Source: Chloroflexota bacterium
Lineage (GTDB): Bacteria > Chloroflexota > UBA11872 > VXOZ01
DNA length: 64,000 nt
Reading direction: 5' to 3'
Assembly (NCBI GenBank): GCA_963663275.1
Contig: OY760183.1
Location: forward strand, 832,001-896,000
Positions 27,356 to 38,205 of this stretch are shown piece after piece. The translations under genes were made by a program, and so were the position numbers. Each line of letters opens with the position of its first letter. The first letter of the stretch is position 1. The notes under the pieces were generated by a model that had not been told where the DNA came from, made no database searches, and worked only from the letters and a program-made list of their open reading frames with translations.

Positions 27356-27541
27356 TCACTCCTGCTCCATCTTGCTGGCCTGCAGGAAATAGCCTTCGAG
27401 CAAGCCCTCTATGCGGGAAACACGATCGGAAACGTCCGACACACGTCTCTCAAGCCGCAGTAAAGAGCCAAGGATGACGATTACCGCTGTAACCGTGGTT
27501 GTGAGCGAAAGCACAAACTCTCCACTAATCTCCATGGTCAT
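27356..27541 (-). CDS. Small TM + coiled-coil protein directly after rplA
   Basis: ATG abuts the rplA TAG; hydrophobic N-terminus then LERRVSDVSDRVSRIEGLLEG. Confidence 0.55.
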   Translation of the reverse strand: MTMEISGEFVLSLTTTVTAVIVILGSLLRLERRVSDVSDRVSRIEGLLEGYFLQASKMEQE

Positions 27542-28255
27542 CTAGGCCGCGGCGGCCAGGAGTTGCTGCATCTGCGCGGGGTCGAGCTTGATGGAGGGGC
27601 CCATGGTGGCGCAGAGGTGGAGGGAGCGGACGTAGGCGCCTTTGGTGTTCTCCGGTTTGGCCTGCATGACGGCGGAGTAGAGCGCGGTGAGGTTCGTGAG
27701 CAGGTTCTCCACGGTGAAGGAGGCCTTGCCGACGGGGACGTGCAGGTTGGCGGTGCGGTCTACGCGGAACTCCACGCGGCCGGCCTTGGCCTCGCCCACG
27801 GCGCGGCCCACGTCGAAGGTCACGGTGCCGGCGCGGTTATTGGGCATCAGGCCGCGGGGACCCAGGATGCGGCCCAGCCGGCCCACGTCCCGCATCATGT
27901 CCGGCGCGGCGATTGCCACGTCGAAGTCCAGCCAGCCGCCCTCGATCTTCTTGGCGAGTTCCGCGCCGCCGACGAAGTCCGCGCCGGCCTCTTCCGCCTC
28001 GCGCACTTTCTCGCCCTGGGCAAAGACGAGCACGCGCTGCGCCTTGCCCAGCCCGGCCGGCAGCACCACGGAGCCGCGCACGGCCTGTTCCGCCTGGCGG
28101 GGGTCAACGCCCAGGAGCGCGTGCAACTCGATGGTGGCGTCGAAGTTGGTGGTAGCCGTCTCTTTCACGATTGCGGACGCGGTTTCGGGGTCGTAGAGCC
28201 GCCCGGCCTCGATGCGTTCCAGCGCCTGGCGGTATTTCTTGCTGCGCTTTGCCAT
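27542..28255 (-). CDS. rplA: 50S ribosomal protein L1
   Basis: [40 protein letters not shown]. Confidence 0.97.
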   Translation of the reverse strand: MAKRSKKYRQALERIEAGRLYDPETASAIVKETATTNFDATIELHALLGVDPRQAEQAVRGSVVLPAGLGKAQRVLVFAQGEKVREAEEAGADFVGGAELAKKIEGGWLDFDVAIAAPDMMRDVGRLGRILGPRGLMPNNRAGTVTFDVGRAVGEAKAGRVEFRVDRTANLHVPVGKASFTVENLLTNLTALYSAVMQAKPENTKGAYVRSLHLCATMGPSIKLDPAQMQQLLAAAA

Positions 28256-28257
28256 GA

Positions 28258-28683
28258 TTAGGTGACTACCTCCAAGCCCATGCTGCGGGCCGTGCCCGCC
28301 ACGATCTTCATTGCCGCCTCCACGTCGTTGGCGTTGAGGTCCGGCATCTTCATCTCCGCGATTTCGCGCACCTGCTCCCGCGTCACTTGCCCCACCTTCT
28401 CGGTATTGGGCGTGCCGGAGCCTTTTTCCACTTTGGCCGCCCGGCGCAGCAGGTCCGCGGCCGGCGGCGTCTTGGTGATGAACGTGAATGACCGGTCTTC
28501 GAAGATGGTCATGTCCACCGGCACGATGTAGCCGGCCTGGCTGCCGGTGCGCTCGTTGAATTCCTTGACGAACGCCATGATGTTCACGCCGTGCTGGCCC
28601 AACGCCGGGCCAACCGGCGGCGCCGGCGTCGCCTTGCCGCCCGGCACCTGTAGCTTGATTACCGCTCGTACTTTCTTTGCCAC
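28258..28683 (-). CDS. rplK: 50S ribosomal protein L11
   Basis: [28 protein letters not shown]. Confidence 0.98.
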   Translation of the reverse strand: MAKKVRAVIKLQVPGGKATPAPPVGPALGQHGVNIMAFVKEFNERTGSQAGYIVPVDMTIFEDRSFTFITKTPPAADLLRRAAKVEKGSGTPNTEKVGQVTREQVREIAEMKMPDLNANDVEAAMKIVAGTARSMGLEVVT

Positions 28684-28832
28684 GCTCGTTTCTCATCCTT
28701 GCGCAAAAGCGCGCTACTCAATCAACTCGATGTCGTTCCGGTGTTTCACCCTTACCCCGTATCGAGTACGGGGCAGGCGCTTCCCTCTCCCTCAGGAAAC
28801 CTTTGCACAACTATACCCGACAGGCGGGAAGT

Positions 28833-28966
28833 CCCCCTCTCCCTTTGGGAGAGGGCCGGGGTGAGGGTAAGTCCTCATCGGTTTGCCCCCACTTCGCAAG
28901 ACTTGGGTATGAGTCGCCGTACAATCTCCCCCCTCACCCTAACCCTCTCCCCCAGGGAGAGGGGAC
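28833..28966. repeat. REPIN-like ~130-nt doublet, copy 2 (between nusG and rplK)
   Basis: Homologous to 17085-17214 and 35239-35525. Confidence 0.85.
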
Positions 28967-29030
28967 AGAATCGGAACTTGGTTCTTTTTCGGAATTGTGT
29001 TGTCGTTCTATTACGACGCTGCTACACCGG

Positions 29031-29621
29031 TTAGATTCGTTCCACTTGCAGGAAATCGAGTTCCACCGGCGTCTCGCGTCCGAAGAACGAGACCATCACG
29101 CGCACCCGGCCGCGCTCTTGGTTGGCGTCGTCCACCGTGCCGTAGAACTCGGCGAACGGCCCGTCGATGATCTTCACCCGGTCGCCCTTGCGCAGCACCA
29201 TGCGCGTCTGCGGCGTCTCTTCCTTGCCGCGCTTCAGGACTTTATCCACTTCCTCGTCGGCCAGCGGCACCGGCTGGTGGTCGTCCCGCCCGGAACTCAC
29301 GAAGCCGGTCACGCCCGGCGTGTTGCGCACGATGAACCAGGACTGATCGGTCTGCTGCATGCGCACCAGCACGTAGCCGGGGAAGAGCTTGCGTTCCACG
29401 TCGCGGCGCTGGCCCTGCTTGATCTCCACCTCTTTCTGCGTCGGCACCACCACGTCGAAGATCATCTCTTTAGCGTCCATCGACTCGATGCGCTTCAGCA
29501 GATTCTCCCGCACCTTGTTCTCGTAGCCGGAGTAGGTGTGCACCACGTACCAGCGGGGCGTTGCGTCCGCCTGCCGTTCGGTGCCGTCGCCCGCGTCGAA
29601 CTCGTCTGCCTTCAATGCCAT
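29031..29621 (-). CDS. nusG: Transcription antitermination factor NusG
   Basis: WYVVHTYSGYENKV, FPGYVLV, VRNTPGVTGFV, KOW domain FGRETPVEL. Confidence 0.97.
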   Translation of the reverse strand: MALKADEFDAGDGTERQADATPRWYVVHTYSGYENKVRENLLKRIESMDAKEMIFDVVVPTQKEVEIKQGQRRDVERKLFPGYVLVRMQQTDQSWFIVRNTPGVTGFVSSGRDDHQPVPLADEEVDKVLKRGKEETPQTRMVLRKGDRVKIIDGPFAEFYGTVDDANQERGRVRVMVSFFGRETPVELDFLQVERI

Positions 29622-29636
29622 GCTGCCGTAATTCCT

Positions 29637-29924
29637 TTAGAGGCCTTGCTGGACCAGTAGCGCGAATAGCCTGGCGAACACGTAGTCCAACCCGCTGAGG
29701 AACATGCCCGTCACCAGGCTCACGGCGATCACCACCAAGGTGAGGTTCAGCGCCGTTTCGCGGGTGGGCCAGTGGGCTTTCCTGAGTTCGCCCCAGGCTT
29801 CTTGCAGAAACGTCACCGTAGGCTGCAGGAAGCCCGGCACGCGGCTGGCCGGGGCCGCGCGGCGGCTGCGGGTGTGCTGGCGCGCGGCGCGCCCCGCGTT
29901 GGGTGTAGACCAGGGCAATCTCAT
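29637..29924 (-). CDS. secE: Preprotein translocase subunit SecE
   Basis: [10 protein letters not shown] followed by a TM helix; ATG overlaps the rpmG TGA. Confidence 0.9.
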   Translation of the reverse strand: MRLPWSTPNAGRAARQHTRSRRAAPASRVPGFLQPTVTFLQEAWGELRKAHWPTRETALNLTLVVIAVSLVTGMFLSGLDYVFARLFALLVQQGL

Positions 29925-30091
29925 CGCGTCTCCCGATGGGCGACATGCTTCTGGCAGTTGCGGCAATACTTCCGCAACTCCAGCCGGTCGGTGCTCGTCC
30001 GCCGGTTCTTGCTGGTGGCGTAGTTGCGGTGGCGGCAATCCACACATGCCAGCGTCACCACACTACGGTCTTCGCGTCCCTTGCGTGCCAT
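29921..30091 (-). CDS. rpmG: 50S ribosomal protein L33 (Zn-ribbon type); not in the ORF track
   Basis: Manual translation: [56 protein letters not shown]. Confidence 0.95.
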   Translation of the reverse strand: MARKGREDRSVVTLACVDCRHRNYATSKNRRTSTDRLELRKYCRNCQKHVAHRETR

Positions 30092-30124
30092 GTGCCTGCG
30101 TTACTCCTTCGGCGTACCGGTTGC

Positions 30125-31327
<1,203 letters not shown>

Positions 31328-31416
31328 CGTATCCTTCCTCGAACGCTACAACGTTACAAATGCGGCGCGGCGCCGGCGCTAGCCGCGCACTGCCGCCGCT
31401 GCCATGCTCTCGCAGG

Positions 31417-31489
31417 AGCCCACAACCGGGATTGAACCGGTGACCTCGATCTTACCAAGATCGCGCTCTACCGACTGAGCTATGTGGGC
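31417..31489 (-). tRNA. tRNA-Thr(GGT)
   Basis: Reverse complement GCCCACATAGCTCAGTCGGTAGAGCGCGATCTTGGTAAGATCGAGGTCACCGGTTCAATCCCGGTTGTGGGCT folds as a cloverleaf with anticodon GGT; followed by CCT, so CCA is not fully encoded. Confidence 0.97.
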
Positions 31490-31749
31490 AACCATCTCCG
31501 CGCCGGCGCGCGCGAGAACGCGGCACACGCCGCGCAGGGTATCGCATCCTCTTGGCCGGTTGCCGCCGCGCGGCGGCGTTCGCGGCTTGGCTGCGCGGTT
31601 TCCGGTTTCGCGCCTACGTCGATCTCCAGAATCTCTCGCCGATTTGTCTCGTCTCGTGAGAGTGCGTGTACCGACCGGCGCGGAGAGACGGTAGCAGCCG
31701 CGAATCCCACACGCTACCAAGCCCAGCCCTCCGCGCATGGGCAAACTCA

Positions 31750-31778
31750 ATGATAACAGAACTATGGCTGTCTGTCAC
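31750..31778 (-). promoter_or_regulatory. Probable sigma70 promoter of the tRNA-Thr/tuf operon
   Basis: Minus strand GTGACA-17 nt-TATCAT with TG extension. Confidence 0.5.
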
Positions 31779-31789
31779 TTGCTATGCGG

Positions 31790-32455
31790 CGGCGGCCCGC
31801 GCGGCCGCGGACTGCGGGGGACAAGCCCCCGCGCTACGCTGATGCGACGGCTACGGCCCGCGCGGCCGCGGACTGCGGGGGACAAGCCCCAATGCTGTCG
31901 CATTAAACACAATGAGAGTGAAAACAACGCTCGTTTCTCCGGTAGCGCAGGTTTGTAACCTGCGTCTTCCGTAGGGTCAATCCATTTCGTTCTCACTTTG
32001 CTTGATCCGGCGGGGGACAAGCCCCCGCGCTACGTTGATGCGGCGGCCCGCAGTCTGCGGGGGACAAGCCCCCGCGCTACGCTGATGCGACGGCTACGGC
32101 CCGCGCGCCCGCGGTTGACGGCGTTTCCACTGGTTTGGCACAGTTACGCAAGACTGCGCATTCGCTACGGGTTATGCTGGGGAAGTGAGAACCGGAAGAG
32201 CGACGAATCCCCCTCACCCCGGCCCTCTCCCCCAGGGAGAGGGAGACGTTGGCCCCCAGGGAGAGGGAGACAGAGGTAGTAATGTTGTCGCATTAATCGC
32301 GATGAGAATGAAGACTACGTTCGCTTCTCCGGTAGCGCAGGTTCGCACGGGAAGTGCGCGTAACCTGCGTCTCCCGTAGGGTCAATCCACCCCGTTTTCA
32401 TTTTGCTTGCTCCGGCGGGGGACAAGCCCCCGCGCTACGTTTACGCGACAGCATT
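31790..32455. repeat. Dense nested repeat region: five GACAAGCCCC REPs, two ~165-175 nt composite elements and a REPIN half
   Basis: 31890-32045 and 32281-32455 are homologous (AATG(C/T)TGTCGCATTAA..TCTCCGGTAGCGCAGG..GTAGGGTCAATCCA..REP..GCGACAGCATT). Confidence 0.85.
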
Positions 32456-32614
32456 GGACAGGGGTAGGCACTCTTGAATTGGCTTGATGTGTCATTCCGA
32501 GCGGAGCGCAGCGGAGAGAGGAATCTAGAGCGGGGACCCACAAATCAAGCGATTCTAGATTCCGCTAACCCTGTTCGACGCTCCGCTCGAAATGACACTT
32601 GCCTACCCCTGTCC
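32456..32614. mobile_element. MITE with GACAGGGGTAGGCA terminal inverted repeats, copy 1
   Basis: GGACAGGGGTAGGCA ... TGCCTACCCCTGTCC enclosing an inverted RPE-like pair; homologue at 35364-35509. Confidence 0.8.
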
Positions 32615-32635
32615 GCCATGGAGAGGGAGGCTTGC

Positions 32636-34342
32636 ATGAATACCGGCGACCTGCTGGCGGAACTGCTCATCGGCCATGGTGTGGAATACGTCTTTGGGGC
32701 TATCGGCGGCCAGGGCTATCCGCTGAACGACGCGCTGCACCGCCGCCGGAGCAGAGCGCGCCACATTGCCGTGCGCGACGAGCGTTCCAGCGCCTACGCC
32801 GCCGACGGCTACGCCCGGGTGAGCGGCAAGGTGGGCGTCTGCGACGCCGCCTTTGGCGTGGGCGTGCTCAAGCTGCCGTCCGGCTTGGCCGAGGCCTACA
32901 ACTCCTCGATTCCCGTGTTGGGCATTCTGAGCAACGCCCCGCGCGACTGGATGGTATGGAACGAACGCGGCTGCACCGCGCAGGGCGTGGAACAGGTCTC
33001 GCCTTTCACGCCCATCACCAAAGGCGCGTTGCGCGTGACGACACAGGAGTCTTTGCCCGATACAGTGCGCTACAGTTTCCAACTCGCCAGCGCGGGGAGA
33101 CCGGGCCCGGTGGTGTTCGACATTCCGGCGGACGTGTTCAAAGAGGATTGGGACGCGGCCCCGGTGGACGCGGTGTGCAATCCGCGCGCCGGCCGCTTTC
33201 CCGCCTGGCGCGCGCACCCGGATCCGGCGGACACGGCAGAAGCGGCGCGGGTGTTGGGCAGCGCGGCGCGCCCGGTCATCGTGGCCGGCGGCGGCGCGGC
33301 GATTTCCCAGGCGTGGGACGCGCTCCGCAACTTCGCCGAGCGCCTTCAGATGCCGGTGGCCACAACCATTTCCGGCAAAGGCGTCTTTCCCGACGATCAT
33401 CCTCTGGCCGTTGGCGTCATGGGCGGGCAGTACGGCTCGGAAGCGGCGAATCAGGTAGTGGCCGCCGCCGACGTGGTCTTCCTGGTCGGCATGAAGTCGT
33501 CCCAGCAGGTAACGACCGCCTGGACCCAGCCCGCGCGCACGCAACGGATTGTGCACTTGGACGCGGACCCGGCGGAGGTGGGCAAGATCTTTCCGGTGGC
33601 GGCGGGCATGGTGGCCGACGCCCGCGCCGGGCTGGAGGCGCTGCTGGAATCATGCCGCGATTGCCAACCGGAGCGGAGCGCCTGGCTCGCGCAGGCGGCG
33701 GCATTCAAGGCGCGGTGGCAGGGCGTGATCCAGGCGGAAATGGACGATACGGCCAAACCCATCCGCCCGCAACACCTCATGGCGCGCCTCCGGCGGCGGC
33801 TCAAGCCGGAGGACATTATCGTCTCCGACGCCAGTTTCTCAGTGGGCTGGGTCGGGACCTACCTGCGGGCATTGCGCGGCGGGCAGCGTTTCCTGTTCCC
33901 GCGCGGCCTGGCGACGATGGGGTTTGGCGTGCCGGCGGCGATTGGGGCGCGCTTCGCCCAGCGTGAGGGCAAAGTGGTGGTCGTGGCCGGCGACGGCAGC
34001 ATCACCTACGCTCTCGGCGAAATGGCCGCGCTTGCCAAGTACGGCCTGGACATCATCGTGGTGGTCTTGAACAATAGCTGCCTGGGCTACAGCAAGATTT
34101 CGGAGATGGTGAACTACAGCGCGGACTATGAAGAAGTGGACTTTCCCGATACCGACTTTGCCATGATTGCCCGGGGCTTTGGCTGCGAGGGCCTGGCGGT
34201 GAAGGAGCCGAGCGAGCTTGACCCGGCCCTGGAAGCGGCGTTTGCGGTAAACGGCCCGGCGCTGCTCGACGCGCGCGTCGATCCCTGGCAGACGCCGGAA
34301 CTGGACCTGCGCCAGCGTTTGGCCGCGTTGCGGTCTGAGTAG
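32636..34342 (+). CDS. Thiamine pyrophosphate-binding enzyme (acetolactate synthase-like)
   Basis: VRDERSSAYAADGYAR, GRPGPV, GLATMGFGVPAAIGA, GDGS..LNN TPP motif. Confidence 0.9.
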   Translation: MNTGDLLAELLIGHGVEYVFGAIGGQGYPLNDALHRRRSRARHIAVRDERSSAYAADGYARVSGKVGVCDAAFGVGVLKLPSGLAEAYNSSIPVLGILSNAPRDWMVWNERGCTAQGVEQVSPFTPITKGALRVTTQESLPDTVRYSFQLASAGRPGPVVFDIPADVFKEDWDAAPVDAVCNPRAGRFPAWRAHPDPADTAEAARVLGSAARPVIVAGGGAAISQAWDALRNFAERLQMPVATTISGKGVFPDDHPLAVGVMGGQYGSEAANQVVAAADVVFLVGMKSSQQVTTAWTQPARTQRIVHLDADPAEVGKIFPVAAGMVADARAGLEALLESCRDCQPERSAWLAQAAAFKARWQGVIQAEMDDTAKPIRPQHLMARLRRRLKPEDIIVSDASFSVGWVGTYLRALRGGQRFLFPRGLATMGFGVPAAIGARFAQREGKVVVVAGDGSITYALGEMAALAKYGLDIIVVVLNNSCLGYSKISEMVNYSADYEEVDFPDTDFAMIARGFGCEGLAVKEPSELDPALEAAFAVNGPALLDARVDPWQTPELDLRQRLAALRSE

Positions 34343-34374
34343 CGCGCAACGCCTGCGCCGGAGAGGAAACACCC

Positions 34375-35148
34375 ATGCGCTTGCAAGACAGAGTTGCCAT
34401 CGTCACCGGCGCGGCGGGCGGATTGGGCGCGGCGTACGCCCACGCAATCGCCCGCGAGGGCGCGCGGGTGGCCGTGGTAGACGTGCTGGACGGAGAAGGC
34501 ACGGTTCAGAGTATGCGGGCGCTCGGGCAGAACGCGATGGCGCTACAGGCAGATCTGACAGACGAGGATGCCGTACAACGGATGGTGGAGGAAGTGGCGG
34601 CGAAATTTGGCAGTATCGATATCCTGGTCAACAACGCCGGCGGCGCCGGACAGCAGGCCGCGGAATCCGCAATCGAGAAGATCGACCGGGCGCACTGGGA
34701 CGACATCATGGCGATGAACCTCACCTCTACCATGCTCTGCCTGAAGCACGTTACGCCGCACATGAAGCGCCAAGGCAGCGGCAAGATCGTCAACGTCTCG
34801 TCGCGGGCCGCGCGGGGCACGGCGTGGTTCGGCCAGGTGACGCCGGAGTACATCTGCGCCAAGATTGGCGTCATCGGCCTCACGCGCCAGGTTGCCAAGG
34901 ACCTGGGGCCGTTCGGCATCAACGTCAACTGCCTCGTGCCCAGCTTTACGGTCAGCGGCCCGGCGCTCCAAGCCGCCTGGGACAGCATGACGGACGCGGA
35001 GCGCGGCCACATGCTGGAGGCAACACCCCTGCGCCGCCTGCCCCGGCCGGAAGAACTGGCAAGCGTGGTGGTCTTCCTCGTCAGCGACGAGTCCAGCTAC
35101 GTTACCGGCGCGTGCCTGGACGTGAACGGCGGCTCGATGATGGCGTGA
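34375..35148 (+). CDS. SDR family oxidoreductase
   Basis: TGAAGGLG, NNAG, YICAK catalytic motif, VNGG. Confidence 0.92.
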   Translation: MRLQDRVAIVTGAAGGLGAAYAHAIAREGARVAVVDVLDGEGTVQSMRALGQNAMALQADLTDEDAVQRMVEEVAAKFGSIDILVNNAGGAGQQAAESAIEKIDRAHWDDIMAMNLTSTMLCLKHVTPHMKRQGSGKIVNVSSRAARGTAWFGQVTPEYICAKIGVIGLTRQVAKDLGPFGINVNCLVPSFTVSGPALQAAWDSMTDAERGHMLEATPLRRLPRPEELASVVVFLVSDESSYVTGACLDVNGGSMMA

Positions 35149-35238
35149 AGCCCGGGCAACGCGCATAAGCCGATCAACTTGCGTCTGAGCAGGCGTGCGC
35201 TGCCCGTGTGCGCTGCACAGGCGTGCGCGCGATCAGTC

Positions 35239-35525
35239 TCCCTCTCCCAAAGGGAGAGGGCCGGGGTGAGGGGGAATCTTCATTGGTTCCGCCCCATCTC
35301 GCAAGAATTGGATATGAGTCGCCGCAAAATCCCCCCTCACCCTAACCCTCTCTCCCAGGAGAGTTGACAGGGGTAGGCATTGTACATCCGACTTCACGTG
35401 TCATTCCGAGCGGAGCGCAGCGGAGAGAGGAATCTAAGGCTTTCGCTGCAAAAACGTCGGTTCTAGATTCCTCGCTCCGCTCGGAATGACACGTGCCTAC
35501 CCCTGTCAGCCCAGGAGAGGGAACC
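35239..35525. repeat. REPIN-like doublet, copy 3, interrupted by a MITE
   Basis: The right arm CCCTCACCCTAACCCTCTCTCCCAGGAGAG|GGAAC is split by the 35364-35509 insertion. Confidence 0.8.
35364..35509. mobile_element. MITE with (C/T)TGACAGGGGTAGGCA TIRs and 10-bp target-site duplication, copy 2
   Basis: CCCAGGAGAG at 35354-35363 and 35510-35519 directly flanks the TIRs. Confidence 0.88.
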
Positions 35526-35705
35526 GTTCGCCTCCCAGCGCAGAACCCGCGGTACCGGTACGGTGTAGAATAGGGTGGAAGGAGAGTTTTCGCCGTCAAC
35601 GCCGGGGCGGCGTCATTGTGCGGACGGCGTTTCCCTGCGGCGGGGCGTGCCGCTGCCAGCCGAGTTCGTTCCTGAATTACGCCGTCACTTCAGGCGCGTT
35701 TGCCA

Positions 35706-37088
35706 ATGTCAGTCGCTCTCGTCGAACATCAAGAGGAAGAACGCGCGCCCGCCAGGATGGGCGCGCCGCGCTGCGCCGTGCTCACGTTGGGCTGCAAGGT
35801 GAACCAGGCGGAGACGGAAGAGATCCGGGAGCGTTTCGGGCAAGCGGGTTTCACGCCGGTGGCGTTTGGCGAACCGGCGGAAGTGAGCGTGGTGAACACC
35901 TGCACGGTCACCCACGTGGCCGACCGCAAGTCGCGCCGGATGATCCGCCGCGCCCAGGCCGCCGCCCCGGACGGAGTCGTGGTGGTTACCGGCTGCTACG
36001 CCGCCGTGTCGCCGGCGGAAGCGGCCGCGGTCGCGCCGGACGCCTTGGTGATCCAGCGGGACCGGCAGGACGAGATGGTGGACATCGTCAGCGCGGCGCT
36101 GCGCGAGCGCGGCGTGGCAGTCCCGGAGCCGCTCTCTCCTGAAGAACTGGCGTATGCGGCGCTGTTGCAGCCGGCGGCGCTGGTGGAACCGGCTGCGGGC
36201 CGCACGCGCAGCCGGGTGTTCGTCAAAGTGCAGGACGGCTGTTGGCACGCCTGCGCCTACTGCATCGTGCCCCGGGCCCGGGGCCGCTCGGAATCGCGCC
36301 CGGCAAATGAGGTCGTGCGGCGCGTGCGGCAACTCCACGCGGAGGGTGTGGCGGAGGTGGTGCTCACCGGCGTTTGCATCGGCGATTACGAGGAGCCGGA
36401 AACCGGCGGCAGCCTGACGGCGCTCATCCACCGCCTGCTCGACGAGACCGACGTGCCCCGCATCCGCGTTAGCTCCATCAATCCCATGCACTTCGATTAC
36501 GCCTTTCTCGACTTGTTCGCGCATCCCCGCATCTGCCGCCATTTGCACCTGCCGTTGCAGAGCGGCAGTCCCGCCGTGCTGCGGCGCATGAACCGGCGGC
36601 ACACGTTGGACGAATACCGCGCCATCGTGCGGCGGGCGCGCGCAATCTGCCCGGAACTGGCGCTGACGACCGACGTGCTGGTAGGCTTTCCCGGCGAGAC
36701 CGAGGAGCACTTTGCTGAGACGGCGGCCTTCGTGGAAGAGATGGCCTTTGCGGACTTGCACGTCTTTCCCTACTCGGTCCGACCCCGCACCAGCGCCGCG
36801 CGCTTCGACGGCCACGTGCCTTTTGGCGTCCGCAAGCGGCGGGTGCAGACGCTCTTGGCCGCGGTACCGGCGCTGCGCCGCGCCTACACCGAACGGTTCC
36901 TGGGCGCTACGCTGGACGTGGTGTGGGAGGAAGAGGTGGAGGGAATGTGGCGCGGGTGCAGCGATAACTACCTGCGCGTGTACGTCAAGGATGATACGAT
37001 GAGGCCGGGCACGCTGCGCGCCGCCCGGCTGCTGGCGCCGTACGCCGACGGCGCGCGCGGCGTCCTGGCGGCGGACGGGCAAGAGTGA
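35706..37088 (+). CDS. mtaB: tRNA methylthiotransferase MtaB
   Basis: TLGCKVNQAE, NTCTVT..ADRKSR, KVQDGCWHACAYCIVP radical-SAM motif, HVFPYS.RP.T.A. Confidence 0.92.
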   Translation: MSVALVEHQEEERAPARMGAPRCAVLTLGCKVNQAETEEIRERFGQAGFTPVAFGEPAEVSVVNTCTVTHVADRKSRRMIRRAQAAAPDGVVVVTGCYAAVSPAEAAAVAPDALVIQRDRQDEMVDIVSAALRERGVAVPEPLSPEELAYAALLQPAALVEPAAGRTRSRVFVKVQDGCWHACAYCIVPRARGRSESRPANEVVRRVRQLHAEGVAEVVLTGVCIGDYEEPETGGSLTALIHRLLDETDVPRIRVSSINPMHFDYAFLDLFAHPRICRHLHLPLQSGSPAVLRRMNRRHTLDEYRAIVRRARAICPELALTTDVLVGFPGETEEHFAETAAFVEEMAFADLHVFPYSVRPRTSAARFDGHVPFGVRKRRVQTLLAAVPALRRAYTERFLGATLDVVWEEEVEGMWRGCSDNYLRVYVKDDTMRPGTLRAARLLAPYADGARGVLAADGQE

Positions 37089-37114
37089 CTGTCACAAAGA
37101 AGTGAGGTAAGGCG

Positions 37115-37456
37115 ATGGAGTGCATCTTCTGCGGAATTGTGAATCGCAGCCTGCCGACCGAGCTTATCTACGAGGGCGAGACTATCGTGGCGTTTCGCGA
37201 CATCACTCCCCAAGCGCCGACCCACGTGCTGATCGTGCCGCGCGAACACGTGGAATCGGTTGCCGCCCTGGAGGCGGGGCACACGGCGCTGCTGGGCGAG
37301 ATGTTCCTGGCCGCCAACACGATCGCGCAGCAGGAAGGCGTCGGCGAGAGCGGCTACCGGCTGGTCTTCAACTGCGGCCGCGCCGCCGGGCAATCGGTAG
37401 ACCACCTGCACCTGCACCTGCTGGGCGGACGCAAACTCGGCTGGCCGCCGGGTTGA
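37115..37456 (+). CDS. Histidine triad nucleotide-binding protein
   Basis: CIFC, FRDITPQAPTHVL, GQSVDHLHLHLLGGR. Confidence 0.93.
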   Translation: MECIFCGIVNRSLPTELIYEGETIVAFRDITPQAPTHVLIVPREHVESVAALEAGHTALLGEMFLAANTIAQQEGVGESGYRLVFNCGRAAGQSVDHLHLHLLGGRKLGWPPG

Positions 37457-37649
37457 GGGCAGTCGACGGCGCGGGACAAGGCGAAGCGCGCGCGGCGAAA
37501 CGCCGAAAGCGTGCGGCGCAACGCCGAAGTCGCGCGGCGGTTTGCTCGACTTGGCGCACAGCGCAGCGGCTGCCGCGCCGCTTTGACCGCGTGTAGGCGC
37601 TTCTCTATCATGGGGGCATAATTGAGAAGACGGGAGTAGGGTCGGCAAC

Positions 37650-37976
37650 ATGCGCACGGTGTATGACGACGTGGCGCTGCGGCTGGAGCGCGCCGAACGC
37701 ATAGCGGTCGCCACCGTAATCCAAACTCGCGGCTCCACGCCGCAAAAAGCGGGCGCGAAACTCCTGATCCAGGAGGACGGCCGCACCCAGGGCACCATTG
37801 GCGGCGGCTGCGTGGAGGCGGAGGTGTGGAAGGAAGCCACGGCCGCGCTGCGCGACGGGGCCTCCCGCGTGGTGGAGGTGGACCTGAACGACGACGTGAT
37901 GGGCGACGTCTGCGGCGGCACGCTCACGGTCTTCATCGACGTCTGGCGTCCTGAACACGCGCCGCCTGCCGGGTAG
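37650..37976 (+). CDS. XdhC/CoxI family N-terminal domain protein
   Basis: GSTPQKAGAK, GTIGGGCVE, DVCGG. Confidence 0.85.
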   Translation: MRTVYDDVALRLERAERIAVATVIQTRGSTPQKAGAKLLIQEDGRTQGTIGGGCVEAEVWKEATAALRDGASRVVEVDLNDDVMGDVCGGTLTVFIDVWRPEHAPPAG

Positions 37977-38205
37977 AGCGCGGCGGCCGGCGCGCTGGCT
38001 GACCGGCGGAGATTGCGCGTGCCCCGCTGCCGCCGCGGTATGGCCGGAGGCGCGCATGGCGTTCTTTGCCTCTCTCTCTATGCGCGGGCGCGGCCCCGTC
38101 CACCGAGCGGGCCCGGCTTCCCACGCGGCGCTCGCTAGAACCAAGCCAACTGCTGAAAGCAGCTTTTGTTGTGAGCGAATCGAACCCTGAGCAAGGCGCG
38201 GGCCG

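Noticed and set aside
31417-31489. tRNA-Thr as an integration site of a genomic island
   Set aside because: No duplicated tRNA 3' end and no integrase in the window.
37977-38205. Moco riboswitch between the xdhC genes
   Set aside because: Only generic hairpins; consensus not recognisable by eye.
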